A stretch of DNA of 64,000 bases from an uncultured Candidatus Binatia bacterium (lineage in GTDB: Bacteria > Desulfobacterota > Binatia > Bin18), in the NCBI GenBank assembly GCA_965200965.1, contig OZ241744.1, forward strand, positions 1,568,001 to 1,632,000, given 5' to 3'. Every line of letters begins with the position of its first letter. Within the stretch, counting starts at the first letter, position 1. The position numbers were made by a program, and so were the translations under genes. This document shows, piece by piece, positions 10,675 to 20,570 of the stretch. The notes beneath the pieces were generated by a model. That model was not told the origin of the DNA. It did no database searches and saw only the letters and a program-made list of their open reading frames with translations.

Positions 10675-10799
10675 TGCGGGCCGCCGCAAAAAGAGAGAAG
10701 AAGCGTCAGGCGTGTGAGAGTCCTGGCTGATGAGAATAGGGAGGAATAAACCGAAATGCGAGAGTCTTGTTCGTTCTCGCCCACAGGCAATGATAGTGG

Positions 10800-11702
10800 C
10801 TAGGAGGGCGCTTCGGCCAGAGATCGAGCACAGGAGACAAGCTCGTCTAGTCTGGCTAACACGGTCTTAAGATCAAGACAGCCACCGTTACACCCGGTGG
10901 ATGCAGCGATGTCGAGTCCCATCTTGTCAAGGAGCGATGCGTAGGCTTCGACTTGGGCGTGATGATCCGGCAGATATTTCTCAAGCCACGCTTTAGACGG
11001 AAAATTGACTGTCTTCTGTCCTGACCGACCTGAAATGTTCAAGATAAAAACCGTCCTTTTTTGCGCTACTCCACTGTATACGCGCAGCGAGAAGCCCTGG
11101 TTGTCGGGTGTACTGGTCGTGTCGGCCTTCAGACAGCCGACTCGTGGGGGCTTTGATCTGAGGTCAAACCGAAGCCTGTCACCGAGCCGTTCGCTTAGCC
11201 CTTTCACCAACTGGTGGTCCCGCATCTCATCGGACACCGCGGCCCTTCCTGTTGACCCCGAGTGTCCCCCCAACCCTTCCCGAATTAGTTTGCTCAGGTA
11301 GCCTACATTCACTTGTGTCTGTGGTGAAAGGTCTTTCTGACAGTCCAGGCGGGCAGCAATTTCCTCGAGGCTCAGATCGCCGTCATCGCTGCGTTTACCC
11401 CATACCGTTTTTACCGGCTCGGAGTACCGTTTCCGGTAATCTTCAGCTTGGCCCGGGTTGGTTCCGAGTTCCACCTCAAGCCGCGCCAGTGGACGGCCAT
11501 CGCCCGCTACGACCTTCAAGTCGGGGCGGGCACCTTCAGCGTCGCGCGGCGGGTACACGATGGCATCGCTCTGAAGGTTTAACTCCTTCAGGAACCATTC
11601 ACGAAACCAATCCGGCGGCATCAGTCCGAAGATCGCGATGTTAATCCGGTTCTCCGGCTTGCTGAGGTCCTCGTTTACGAACATGTCATCGGCGCACAAC
11701 AT
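10800..11702 (-). CDS. Hypothetical protein with a PD-(D/E)xK-like nuclease motif
   Basis: RPDLKV...LEVELG...QAEDY; AGGAGA RBS before ATG 11702; lower GC than the flanks. Confidence 0.6.
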   Translation of the reverse strand: MLCADDMFVNEDLSKPENRINIAIFGLMPPDWFREWFLKELNLQSDAIVYPPRDAEGARPDLKVVAGDGRPLARLEVELGTNPGQAEDYRKRYSEPVKTVWGKRSDDGDLSLEEIAARLDCQKDLSPQTQVNVGYLSKLIREGLGGHSGSTGRAAVSDEMRDHQLVKGLSERLGDRLRFDLRSKPPRVGCLKADTTSTPDNQGFSLRVYSGVAQKRTVFILNISGRSGQKTVNFPSKAWLEKYLPDHHAQVEAYASLLDKMGLDIAASTGCNGGCLDLKTVLARLDELVSCARSLAEAPS

Positions 11703-11840
11703 TTCAGTTCTCCTGGTGGCCCTTGACAAATTTGCTCCACCAAGCTGTCCGGTGAGGCATGGCCTGTCAAGTTAGGGTATATCAGGGATTCCTGATGAGG
11801 TGAGACACTGAAGCACGAATGAGCAAAGGAGGGCTGTCGA

Positions 11841-12191
11841 ATGCACCTTGCTACTCCCGCTGTTACCTTAATAACTATAACACTCGTTATAGGCGGATGT
11901 AGCGGATTGCCTGAAGTGCCCGGATGCGCCGACGATTCCGCAAAAAAGAGTGTGATAAATATTGTCAAACGCAGTGAGGAAGCTCCGGCGGATGAATTCA
12001 GGTTTGAGCTCGACTATATAAAAGTGACGGATCGCAATGAACGAACTGGTGCGTATTCTTGTGATGCGCAGTTGTACATCGCCTCTCGTGATGAAAGAAT
12101 ACGCTATGGCAACATAGAGTACACGATTAGCGAGTCGGCGGAGGACAGTAGCCGGTTCATTGTCGAAGTTAATGTGACACATCGTCGATGA
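11841..12191 (+). CDS. Hypothetical lipoprotein
   Basis: Hydrophobic N-terminus with lipobox VIGGC, two further Cys residues, lower GC. Confidence 0.6.
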   Translation: MHLATPAVTLITITLVIGGCSGLPEVPGCADDSAKKSVINIVKRSEEAPADEFRFELDYIKVTDRNERTGAYSCDAQLYIASRDERIRYGNIEYTISESAEDSSRFIVEVNVTHRR

Positions 12192-12318
12192 GACGAACGA
12201 AATTTGACGGGAAAGCTGCGGAGGTGGACAATTAGCTCAAGCGCGACGAGCTTGTTGCCCTCAATCATATCAGTCGGACCGGCCATATTGGCCCCCTTGT
12301 GCCGGATACTCCTGTCGC

Positions 12319-15300
12319 TCAACCGACCGGAGCCTGCATATACTCCCGCAGATGGCGGGCGGTATGCGACCGCTGGCCCTGGCGCACTATGTCGTGGGGC
12401 GGGCCGCAGGCCACGACTTGGCCGCCGCCCTCGCCACCCTCTGGGCCGAGGTCAATGATGTAGTCGGCCTCTTTGATGATGTCGAGGTTGTGTTCAATGG
12501 TGACGACGGTATTGCCCTTGTCCACGAGGCGGTGCAGGGTTGTGATCAGCTTCTCGATATCGGCAAAGTGTAGTCCTGTGGTCGGCTCGTCCAGGACGTA
12601 CAGGGTCTTGCCCCGGGACTCTTTGGCCAACTCGTAGGCGAGCTTGATGCGCTGGGCCTCGCCTCCAGACAAGCTGTTGCTAGCCTGGCCGAGGGTGATG
12701 TAGCCCATGCCGATATCGTCAAGCAGGCGTAGCGGGCCGGCAATTTTTGGCACGCCCAGGAAAAAGGTGGCCGCGTCTTCAATAGTCATGGCCAGGACAT
12801 TGGCAATGCTCTTGCCGTTATAGGCAATCTCCAGCGTCTCTTCGTTGTAGCGCTGTCCGCCACACAGCTCGCAGTCAACATACACATCGGGCAGAAAGCT
12901 CATCTCCATCTTGAGCCGGCCCTGACCGGCGCAGGCCTCACACCGCCCGCCCTTGACGTTGAACGAGAAGCGACCCGGCTTATAGCCCCGCAGGCGGGAT
13001 TCGGGCAGCATGGAGAACAGCTTGCGGACCTCATCCCACAGCCCGACATACGAGGCCGGCACCGATCGGGGCGTTTTCCCAATCGGCGTCTGATCGACCT
13101 CAACCACCCGTTCAATAGGCTCGGCCCCCTCAATCCGGTCGTGCGCACCCGGCCGGCCGACAAACCGGCCCATCTGTTTTCTGAGGCCCTTGACCAGCAC
13201 TTCCTGGATCAGCGAGCTTTTGCCCGAGCCCGAGACGCCGGTCATGCATACCCAGGTGCCGATCGGCAGCTCTACATCTATATTCTGCAGGTTGTGCTCG
13301 CGCGCCCCCCGAATGCGCAGACGAGGTCGGCCATCCAGCGAGCGGACCGGCCCGAGCCGCGGGTGGGCGACCTGCAAGAACTGCCCGGTCGGCGAATCGG
13401 GGTTGTGGCGCAACTCGTGCGGCGCACCGATTGCCACCACCTTGCCACCGTGCGTGCCGGCCCCCGGCCCGAGGTCAATCACCACATCGGCCTTGGCAAT
13501 TGTCTGTTCGTCGTGCTCAACCACCAGCACGGTATTGCCCCGCTCTTGCAGGCCGCGCAGGGTTGTCAGCAGGCGCTCGTTATCGCGCGGATGGAGGCCG
13601 ATGGTAGGCTCATCCAGGATGTAGCACACGCCGCGCAGATTCGAGCCGAGCTGGGCGGCCAGACGGATGCGCTGGGCCTCGCCGCCGGACAGGGTGTCGG
13701 CCCGGCGGTCAAGGGCCAGATAGGACAGGCCGACTTCCATGAGGAAAGACAGGCGGGGGATGATCTCCTTGAGAATCGACTCACCAATCAAACGATCACG
13801 GCCGGCCAGGAGCAGCTCGGCCATATGCCGCAGACAGTCGGCCACCGGCAGCCGCATCAGCTGCCAGATGGTCTTGCCCTTGACGTGGACGGCCCGGGCC
13901 CGGGCGTTGAGCCGGGTGCCGTCACAACTCGGACAGGCAGCCTGACTCAGAAACGGCGACAGGGCAAGGGCCGCCCCGTCGCCCTCGGCCAGAGCTGCGC
14001 TCAGGATATCGATCGTGCCTCGCAGTCCTTTGCCATTGCCGTGCAGGACAAGCCGGCGCTGTCGGTCGGTCAGCTTCCCGAAAGGCTTGTCCAGCGGCAC
14101 ACGGTGTTTTTTCAGACCGCGCAGCAGCCGTCCCCGCTCGCGCTTCAGGCCGACCTCGGCGAATGCTACGAGCGCGTCCTGCTGGAGTGACTTGTCGGGG
14201 TCGGGGACTAGCAACTGGGGGTCAAACTCCCACCCAAACCCCTGGCCGCCACACTCGGGACACGCCCCCTGGCGGCTGTTGAAGGAGAACATACGCGGGT
14301 CAAGCTCCTCATAGCCCAGACCGCACGGCACGCAGAAGAGTTTTTCGCTGTAGATGCGTTCGGTCTCACCGCCCACAATATGGACCGCGCCATTCCCCAT
14401 GCGCAGGGCGTCGTGGAGCAGGCTTTCAAGCTGCGCCGTCGTCCGCTCCAACGTAGTCTCGCCGACCGCAATCTCAATATCGTGCTCCTTAAAGCGAGCC
14501 AGACGCATGTCAGGCCGAATTTCGGCGAACTGGCCGTCAATGCGGGCCTGTAGAAAACCCAGCTTGCGCGCGCCGGCCAGGACATCTTTATGAAACCCCT
14601 TGCGGCCGCGCACGACCGGGGCCAGAACGGCGACCTGCTGCCCGCTCCAGTCAGTCTGTACCAATTCAAGAATCTGGCTCCGGCTCTGGGCTGACAGCGC
14701 TTGGCCGCAGGCCACACAGTGCTGCACGCCTATCTTGGCGTACAGCAGCCTGAGATAGTGCGAGATCTCGGTCACGGTGGCCACCGTCGAGTTCCGCCCG
14801 CCCCGGCTCATCCGCTGTTCAATCGCCACCGTGGGTGGAATCCCGGTCAGCAGGTCAACGTTCGGTTTGGCCAGGACCTTGATGAACTGGCGCGAATAGG
14901 CCGACAGGCTGTCAATATAGCGACGCTGTCCTTCGGCGTACACAATGTCAAACACCAGCGTAGACTTGCCCGAGCCGGACAGCCCGGTGACCACAATCAT
15001 CTCCTCCCGGGGAATATCAACCGAGACATCCCGAAGATTATGCTCTTTGGCCCCCACCACACAGATAGCCGAACGGTGTCTCGGAGCTTTCTCAGGTTTT
15101 ACCCTTTGCCTTTTGCTCTCTGCACCGCGCCCTGTGCCCTTTGCCTTCTGCCCCCGCTTCGCTTCTCTCAACACCCGGCCCAGATACCGCCCGGTATGCG
15201 ACCGCTTGACCCGCGCTACCACCTCTGGCGTCCCCTGCGCTACCACCTCACCGCCCCCGTCTCCGCCCTCCGGACCAAGGTCAATGATATGGTCGGCGCA

Positions 15301-17964
15301 CTTGAGCACATCCAGGTTATGTTCAATGATGAGGACCGAATGCCCCCGTTCCACCAGACGCTCAAACGCAGCCAGGAGCTTCTGGATATCGGCAAAGTGC
15401 AGGCCGGTCGTCGGCTCGTCAAAGATGAACAGGGTCTTGCCCGGCCGGTCGGCGTGGAGCTTTTCGCGGCCAATATGGGCAGCCAGCTTCAGGCGCTGGG
15501 CTTCTCCACCCGACAGGGTCGTCAAGGACTGGCCCAAACGTACATAGTCAAGGCCGACCGCGGCCAGAGACGCCAGCCGGCGCTGCAACTCGGCCTGACC
15601 GGCAAAAAACGTGAGTGCCTCGTTGACCGTCATGGCCATCATGTCGGTCAGGTTCTTGCCCTGATAGCGGACCTCCAGGACCTCGGCCCGAAAACGCCGG
15701 CCCTGGCACTCTGGACACGGTACATACACGTCGGACAAAAACTGCATCTCGACCTTTTCAAAGCCCTCGCCCTTGCAGGTCTCACAGCGGCCGCCCTCAA
15801 CGTTGAAGGAAAAGGTGCCGGTGGTATAGCCGCGCAGCCTGGCCAACTCGGTAGCGGCCAACAGCCGCCGCAGGGGCTCAAAGGCCCGCGTATAGGTCAG
15901 CAGATTCGCCCGCGGCGTTGTCCCGATCTGGCTCTGGTCAACGAAAATCACGTCGGCCAAGTGCTCAGTCCCCACCACATCCTGACACTGGCCGGGAAGC
16001 CCGACCGACTCGCCCCAACGCTTTTTCAGCCCTCGGTACAACACGTCTTCGGCCAGGGTTGATTTGCCCGAGCCCGACACCCCGGTTAGACATACCATAC
16101 AGCCCAGCGGAATTGCGACATCAATGTCTTTCAGGTTATGCGCCACGGCCTTGACAATGGTCAGCGTCTGGTCCGTCACTCGGCGCGTTTGGGGGACCGG
16201 GATACTCAGCCGCTGGGACAGATAGTGGCCGGTCAGCGACCGTTTGTCAGCCAGCATCTTTTCATACGGCCCGGAGAAGACAATCTGTCCGCCCTGCTCA
16301 CCAGCCAGCGGCCCCAGATCAAGAATATGATCGGCCTCTTTGATGATCTCCGGGTCGTGCTCAACCACCACCACCGTATTGCCGTTGTCGCGCAGATTTT
16401 GCAGGATGCGGACCAGTCGGTGGCTGTCGCGCGGGTGCAGACCGATTGAGGGTTCATCCAGAATATACAAGGTATTGACCAGAGCCGAGCCGAGGGCAGT
16501 GGTCAGATCGACCCGCTCCAGCTCCCCGCCGGACAGGGTTCGGGACTGCCGGTCCAGGGTCAGGTATTCAACGCCGACCTCGACCAGATAACGCAGCCGC
16601 TTACGGATCTCGGCCAGGATGAGTCGGGCGACCTGATCCTGAAAGGCCGACAGCCGCAGGCCCTCAAAAAACCGCGCACACGCGCCCACACTGAGCAGGT
16701 TGATCTCCGCCAGCGTCTTCCCCCCAACCCGGTACAGCAGAGATTCGGGTTTGAGGCGGCCGCCGTGACAGGCGTCACATGTAAAATAGCCCCGATAGCG
16801 GGCCAGGAACACCCGGACGTGCATCTTATAGGTTTTGATCTCCAACCACTGAAACCAGCCCCGCACCCCGTAATACTCGCCGTCACCGTCCAGGATCAGT
16901 CCGTGTTGCTCAGGGCTGAGGTCTCGCCAGGCGACGGTGCTGGGGATGCCTCGACGTTTGCAGAACGCAAACAACTCGCGCCGCTCCCACTGGGCGGCCT
17001 TAATCCGCCACGGCTTGATGGCACCGTCTTTGAGCGACAGGCTGGAGTCAGGGACGACCAACTCCAGGTCAAGATCAATCGTGCGGCCAAAGCCCTTGCA
17101 TTTCTCGCACGCGCCGAGCGGACTGTTGAACGAGAACAGGTTGGGGACCGGCTCCTTATACACAATCTGACACGCCGCGCACTCCAGCCGGTTGGAAAAC
17201 GCTTGTTCGGCCTGCTCAGCATCTGGAAAGACGAGGCCCAGCCGTCCCTTGCCGTACTGAAACGCCTGCTCCAGCGAATCATGGGTCCGTTTTTTGTTGC
17301 GCGGTCTGAGGATCAGGCGGTCAACCAGCACAGTGCAGTGTTCCTGCCCGGCCAGCCCCCCAGGCCGGGCGTCCAACTCCTGAATGTCCACGATTGTACC
17401 GGCCACAAGCAGGCGGTAGAACCCGGCCCGGACAAAGCCGTCACGGAGTTCGCTCCAGGCCAGCGTACTCGGCGCGGAGACGCGGAAGGTGACATAGAAG
17501 CGCGTGCCCTCAGGCCGCTGCTGGGACAGCTTTCTGAAAACCGACTCGGCAGAATCACGCTCAACCGGCTGGCCGCACCGACGGCAGTACAACACCCCAA
17601 CTTTGGCAAATAAGAGCTTGAGATGGTCGTGCAGTTCGGTCATCGTGCCAACGGTTGAGCGCGAGGTGCGGACCGGGCGGTTCTGGTCAATAGCAATAGC
17701 CGGCAGGATGCCCTCAATTTTCTCGACCTGCGGCTTATCCATGCGGTCCAGGAATTGACGAGCATAGGCTGAAAAGCTCTCAACGTAGCGGCGTTGTCCC
17801 TCGGCATACAGGATGTCAAAGGCCAAGCTCGACTTGCCCGAGCCACTCACCCCGGTGACGACGGTGAGCCGATTCAGGGGGATATCGATATCCAGATTTT
17901 TGAGATTGTTCTGGCGTGCGCCGCTAATCGCAATGCTGTTGCGCCGTGTCCCCCTGGTCTTCAC
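12319..17964 (-). CDS. uvrA: Excinuclease ABC subunit A, fused double-length UvrA (about 1880 aa)
   Basis: Four Walker A motifs (GxSGSGKS), four LSGGE signatures, four DEP Walker B motifs, repeated EGQRRY..S.SAY.RQF, and multiple CxxC Zn fingers. Confidence 0.95.
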   Translation of the reverse strand: MKTRGTRRNSIAISGARQNNLKNLDIDIPLNRLTVVTGVSGSGKSSLAFDILYAEGQRRYVESFSAYARQFLDRMDKPQVEKIEGILPAIAIDQNRPVRTSRSTVGTMTELHDHLKLLFAKVGVLYCRRCGQPVERDSAESVFRKLSQQRPEGTRFYVTFRVSAPSTLAWSELRDGFVRAGFYRLLVAGTIVDIQELDARPGGLAGQEHCTVLVDRLILRPRNKKRTHDSLEQAFQYGKGRLGLVFPDAEQAEQAFSNRLECAACQIVYKEPVPNLFSFNSPLGACEKCKGFGRTIDLDLELVVPDSSLSLKDGAIKPWRIKAAQWERRELFAFCKRRGIPSTVAWRDLSPEQHGLILDGDGEYYGVRGWFQWLEIKTYKMHVRVFLARYRGYFTCDACHGGRLKPESLLYRVGGKTLAEINLLSVGACARFFEGLRLSAFQDQVARLILAEIRKRLRYLVEVGVEYLTLDRQSRTLSGGELERVDLTTALGSALVNTLYILDEPSIGLHPRDSHRLVRILQNLRDNGNTVVVVEHDPEIIKEADHILDLGPLAGEQGGQIVFSGPYEKMLADKRSLTGHYLSQRLSIPVPQTRRVTDQTLTIVKAVAHNLKDIDVAIPLGCMVCLTGVSGSGKSTLAEDVLYRGLKKRWGESVGLPGQCQDVVGTEHLADVIFVDQSQIGTTPRANLLTYTRAFEPLRRLLAATELARLRGYTTGTFSFNVEGGRCETCKGEGFEKVEMQFLSDVYVPCPECQGRRFRAEVLEVRYQGKNLTDMMAMTVNEALTFFAGQAELQRRLASLAAVGLDYVRLGQSLTTLSGGEAQRLKLAAHIGREKLHADRPGKTLFIFDEPTTGLHFADIQKLLAAFERLVERGHSVLIIEHNLDVLKCADHIIDLGPEGGDGGGEVVAQGTPEVVARVKRSHTGRYLGRVLREAKRGQKAKGTGRGAESKRQRVKPEKAPRHRSAICVVGAKEHNLRDVSVDIPREEMIVVTGLSGSGKSTLVFDIVYAEGQRRYIDSLSAYSRQFIKVLAKPNVDLLTGIPPTVAIEQRMSRGGRNSTVATVTEISHYLRLLYAKIGVQHCVACGQALSAQSRSQILELVQTDWSGQQVAVLAPVVRGRKGFHKDVLAGARKLGFLQARIDGQFAEIRPDMRLARFKEHDIEIAVGETTLERTTAQLESLLHDALRMGNGAVHIVGGETERIYSEKLFCVPCGLGYEELDPRMFSFNSRQGACPECGGQGFGWEFDPQLLVPDPDKSLQQDALVAFAEVGLKRERGRLLRGLKKHRVPLDKPFGKLTDRQRRLVLHGNGKGLRGTIDILSAALAEGDGAALALSPFLSQAACPSCDGTRLNARARAVHVKGKTIWQLMRLPVADCLRHMAELLLAGRDRLIGESILKEIIPRLSFLMEVGLSYLALDRRADTLSGGEAQRIRLAAQLGSNLRGVCYILDEPTIGLHPRDNERLLTTLRGLQERGNTVLVVEHDEQTIAKADVVIDLGPGAGTHGGKVVAIGAPHELRHNPDSPTGQFLQVAHPRLGPVRSLDGRPRLRIRGAREHNLQNIDVELPIGTWVCMTGVSGSGKSSLIQEVLVKGLRKQMGRFVGRPGAHDRIEGAEPIERVVEVDQTPIGKTPRSVPASYVGLWDEVRKLFSMLPESRLRGYKPGRFSFNVKGGRCEACAGQGRLKMEMSFLPDVYVDCELCGGQRYNEETLEIAYNGKSIANVLAMTIEDAATFFLGVPKIAGPLRLLDDIGMGYITLGQASNSLSGGEAQRIKLAYELAKESRGKTLYVLDEPTTGLHFADIEKLITTLHRLVDKGNTVVTIEHNLDIIKEADYIIDLGPEGGEGGGQVVACGPPHDIVRQGQRSHTARHLREYMQAPVG
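15096..15151. repeat. Degenerate 7-bp tandem repeat (8 units) in the uvrA inter-module linker
   Basis: gttttac cctttgc cttttgc tctctgc accgcgc cctgtgc cctttgc cttctgc. Confidence 0.7.
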
Positions 17965-17988
17965 CCCCACCTCCCACAAAAGAAGTGT

Positions 17989-18016
17989 TCAGCGGTCTGC
18001 TATCAGCTTTCCGCTT
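17989..18016. repeat. Degenerate 7-bp tandem repeat (4 units, TCNGCNN) upstream of uvrA
   Basis: tcagcgg tctgcta tcagctt tccgctt. Confidence 0.45.
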
Positions 18017-18115
18017 GTCAGGTAAGGAGGGGCACTGCCGAGCCTGCCTGCTGAGGCGGCATATGCTAGGATGGCCAGCGGTTCTGTTCGGGGTCTCGGT
18101 GTCAGGAGGACGCAC

Positions 18116-19477
18116 ATGGTCACTGAGCTGTGGTTTGAGATAGTGTGTATTCTGGGCCTGATTATCGCCAACGGTTTTTTTTCCGGCTCGGAGATTGCGG
18201 TGGTTTCGGTCCGGCGGAGCCGCATTGAGCAGTTGGCCGAGGCCGGCGACCGGACGGCCCGCACGCTGGGACGCCTCAGAAACGATCCCGACCGTTTTCT
18301 GGCGACGGTCCAGATCGGGGTGACGCTGGTCAGCTCCCTGGCCTCGGCAATCGGGGGTGTATCGGCCGTGGCCTATCTCGCCCCGCTGTACGCCCAGAGT
18401 TCGCTGCCCATTGTAGCCGAGTCGAGCCAAGTCCTGGCCGTTGCTACGGTGGTGGTGGTGATCTCCTATCTGTCCCTGGTGCTGGGCGAGTTGGTGCCAA
18501 AATCGCTGGCGCTGCGCTACTCCGAGTCAACCGCCCGCTGGGTCGCCCGGCCCCTGGATTTTTTCTCCTGGCTGTTTACCGCCGGGGTCAAGCTGCTGAC
18601 CGCTTCAACCAACGGACTGCTGTACCTGACCGGCACCGGGGCCAAGGCGGCCGAGGCGGTCGTGTCCGAGGATGAGGTCAAGTACATCATCCGTGAAGGC
18701 GCGCAAAAAGGCGTCTTTGACGCCACCGAGCAGAAGTTTATCCAGAGCGTGTTTGATTTTGCCGACACCTCGGTCCGCGAGGTGATGACCCCCCGGACCG
18801 AAATCCAGGCCCTGAGCGTAGACACCTCCCCCCAGAACGCCCTGCAAGCCATGATCGAGAGCAGCTTCTCGCGCATGCCAATTTTTGAGGATGACCTTGA
18901 TCATGTTGTCGGAGTGGTCCACCTCAAGGAACTGTTGCGCGGGCGGGAGCAGGATTCCGCCTCCCTCCAGGGTTTTGTCCAGCCGAGCTATTTTGTGCCC
19001 GACTCCATGCAGATCAGCCACCTGCTGCGCGAACTCCAGCGTCGCCGCACCCAGATGGCCGTTGTCGTCAACGAGTTCGGCACAGTAGTCGGCATCGCCA
19101 CCATCGAAGACCTGCTTGAAGAGATTGTCGGCGAGATTCGGGACGAGTTCGATGTTGATGAAGCCCTGCCGGTCCAGGACCTCGGGCCGGGGGTCTGGCT
19201 CGTGGCCGGCGGGGTGATGCTGGACGACCTGCGGGACACCCCCGGCCTGCCAGTTGAGGAGACCAACGACTACCGGACCCTGGCTGGCTTTCTGCTGGCC
19301 CGGCTGGAGCGCATCCCCAAGGGCGGGGAGATCGTCCAGCACCAGGGCTACCGGATGACGATTGTCAACATGGACGGCCGGCGGATTGACAAGATCAAGG
19401 TCGAGAAACTGCCCGCCCCGGCCCGTGCCGCCGGACGACAGGCCAAACAGCCGACCGGGGCCAAGACAGGGCATTAG
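18116..19477 (+). CDS. CNNM/HlyC-CorC family transporter (CNNM, 2xCBS and CorC domains)
   Basis: NGFFSGSEIA, FLATVQIG, GELVPKS, FSRMPIF, TIEDLLEEIVGEIRDEFD, TLAGF. AGGAGG RBS before ATG 18116. Confidence 0.9.
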   Translation: MVTELWFEIVCILGLIIANGFFSGSEIAVVSVRRSRIEQLAEAGDRTARTLGRLRNDPDRFLATVQIGVTLVSSLASAIGGVSAVAYLAPLYAQSSLPIVAESSQVLAVATVVVVISYLSLVLGELVPKSLALRYSESTARWVARPLDFFSWLFTAGVKLLTASTNGLLYLTGTGAKAAEAVVSEDEVKYIIREGAQKGVFDATEQKFIQSVFDFADTSVREVMTPRTEIQALSVDTSPQNALQAMIESSFSRMPIFEDDLDHVVGVVHLKELLRGREQDSASLQGFVQPSYFVPDSMQISHLLRELQRRRTQMAVVVNEFGTVVGIATIEDLLEEIVGEIRDEFDVDEALPVQDLGPGVWLVAGGVMLDDLRDTPGLPVEETNDYRTLAGFLLARLERIPKGGEIVQHQGYRMTIVNMDGRRIDKIKVEKLPAPARAAGRQAKQPTGAKTGH

Positions 19478-19563
19478 CCTGTCAGGTCTGGAGGTTCAGG
19501 CGGTTGACCGCCGCCTCGGTTTCGGATTATGAACAGGAATACCCTACAAAGGAGGGCGCGCCT

Positions 19564-20550
19564 ATGGCCGCGGAAGTTGGCAAAGACAAATTACTCCAGA
19601 TGTACCGCACCATGCAGACCATCCGGCAGTTTGAGGAGCGTCTGCGCGATATCTTCAAAGAAGGCAAAATTCCGGGCTTCGTCCATGTCTCCATCGGCGA
19701 AGAAGCCTCAGCCACCGGCGTGTGTGCCGCCCTGACCAATACGGACTACATCACCAGCACCCACCGGGGCCACGGCCACCTCATCGCCAAAGGCGGCAAG
19801 CTCAAGCCGATGATGGCCGAGATTTACGGCAAGAGCACCGGCTACTGCAAGGGCAAGGGCGGCTCCATGCACATCGCCGACTTTGAGATCGGCATCCTGG
19901 GTGCCAACGGCATTGTCGGGGCCGGCCTGCCGATCGCCACCGGGGCCGGCTTAGCGGCCCAGGTCCGGGGCAGCGACGAGGTAGCGGTATGCTTCTTTGG
20001 CGACGGGGCCTCCAACGAGGGGACCTTCCACGAATCGCTCAACATTGCCTCAGCCTGGAAACTGCCGGTCATCTATGTGTGCGAGAACAATCTGTACGGC
20101 GAGTTCACCGCCGGCAAGGATGTCACCTCGGTCAAAGACATTGCCGACCGGGCCAGAGGCCACGATATGCCCGGCGTGGTCGTCAACGGCAACGATGTAG
20201 TTGAGGTCTACGAGACCACCAGCCAAGCCGTTGCCCGCGCCCGGCGGGGCGAGGGACCAAGCCTGATCGCATGCAAAACCTACCGCTGGGAAGGCCATGT
20301 AGTGGGCGAAGAAGCCTTTATGGGCGACAAAAGCTATCGCCCCAAGGATGAGATCGAAGAGTGGAAAAAACGCTGCCCACTCATTACCTTTGAGGAGCGC
20401 TTTGTGCCGGCCGGGGTAGTCAGCCAGACCGATATTGACGCGATTCGGGCCGAAGTCAGCAGCGTTATTGACGAGGCGATCGCCTTTGCCGAGGACAGCC
20501 CGCTGCCGGCCCCCGAAGAAGCTCTCAACGATATGTTCTCAGCCGCCTGA
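19564..20550 (+). CDS. acoA: TPP-dependent acetoin/2-oxoacid dehydrogenase E1 alpha subunit
   Basis: IPGFVH, STHRGHGH, GKGGSMH, TPP motif GDGA...ENN. Substrate assignment is tentative. Confidence 0.85.
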   Translation: MAAEVGKDKLLQMYRTMQTIRQFEERLRDIFKEGKIPGFVHVSIGEEASATGVCAALTNTDYITSTHRGHGHLIAKGGKLKPMMAEIYGKSTGYCKGKGGSMHIADFEIGILGANGIVGAGLPIATGAGLAAQVRGSDEVAVCFFGDGASNEGTFHESLNIASAWKLPVIYVCENNLYGEFTAGKDVTSVKDIADRARGHDMPGVVVNGNDVVEVYETTSQAVARARRGEGPSLIACKTYRWEGHVVGEEAFMGDKSYRPKDEIEEWKKRCPLITFEERFVPAGVVSQTDIDAIRAEVSSVIDEAIAFAEDSPLPAPEEALNDMFSAA

Positions 20551-20570
20551 CAGCCCAAGGAGACACCCCC

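Noticed and set aside
10727-10790. CTGATGA...CGAAA hammerhead-like core
   Set aside because: Stem II does not pair and no NUH cleavage site is positioned correctly.
11792-11815. CTGATGA-GGTG-aga-CACT-GAAG hammerhead-like core
   Set aside because: GAAG instead of GAAA, and no supporting stems I and III.
13141-17613. Long plus-strand ORFs (349, 453 and 282 aa) opposite uvrA
   Set aside because: Antisense shadows of a high-GC gene with no motifs.
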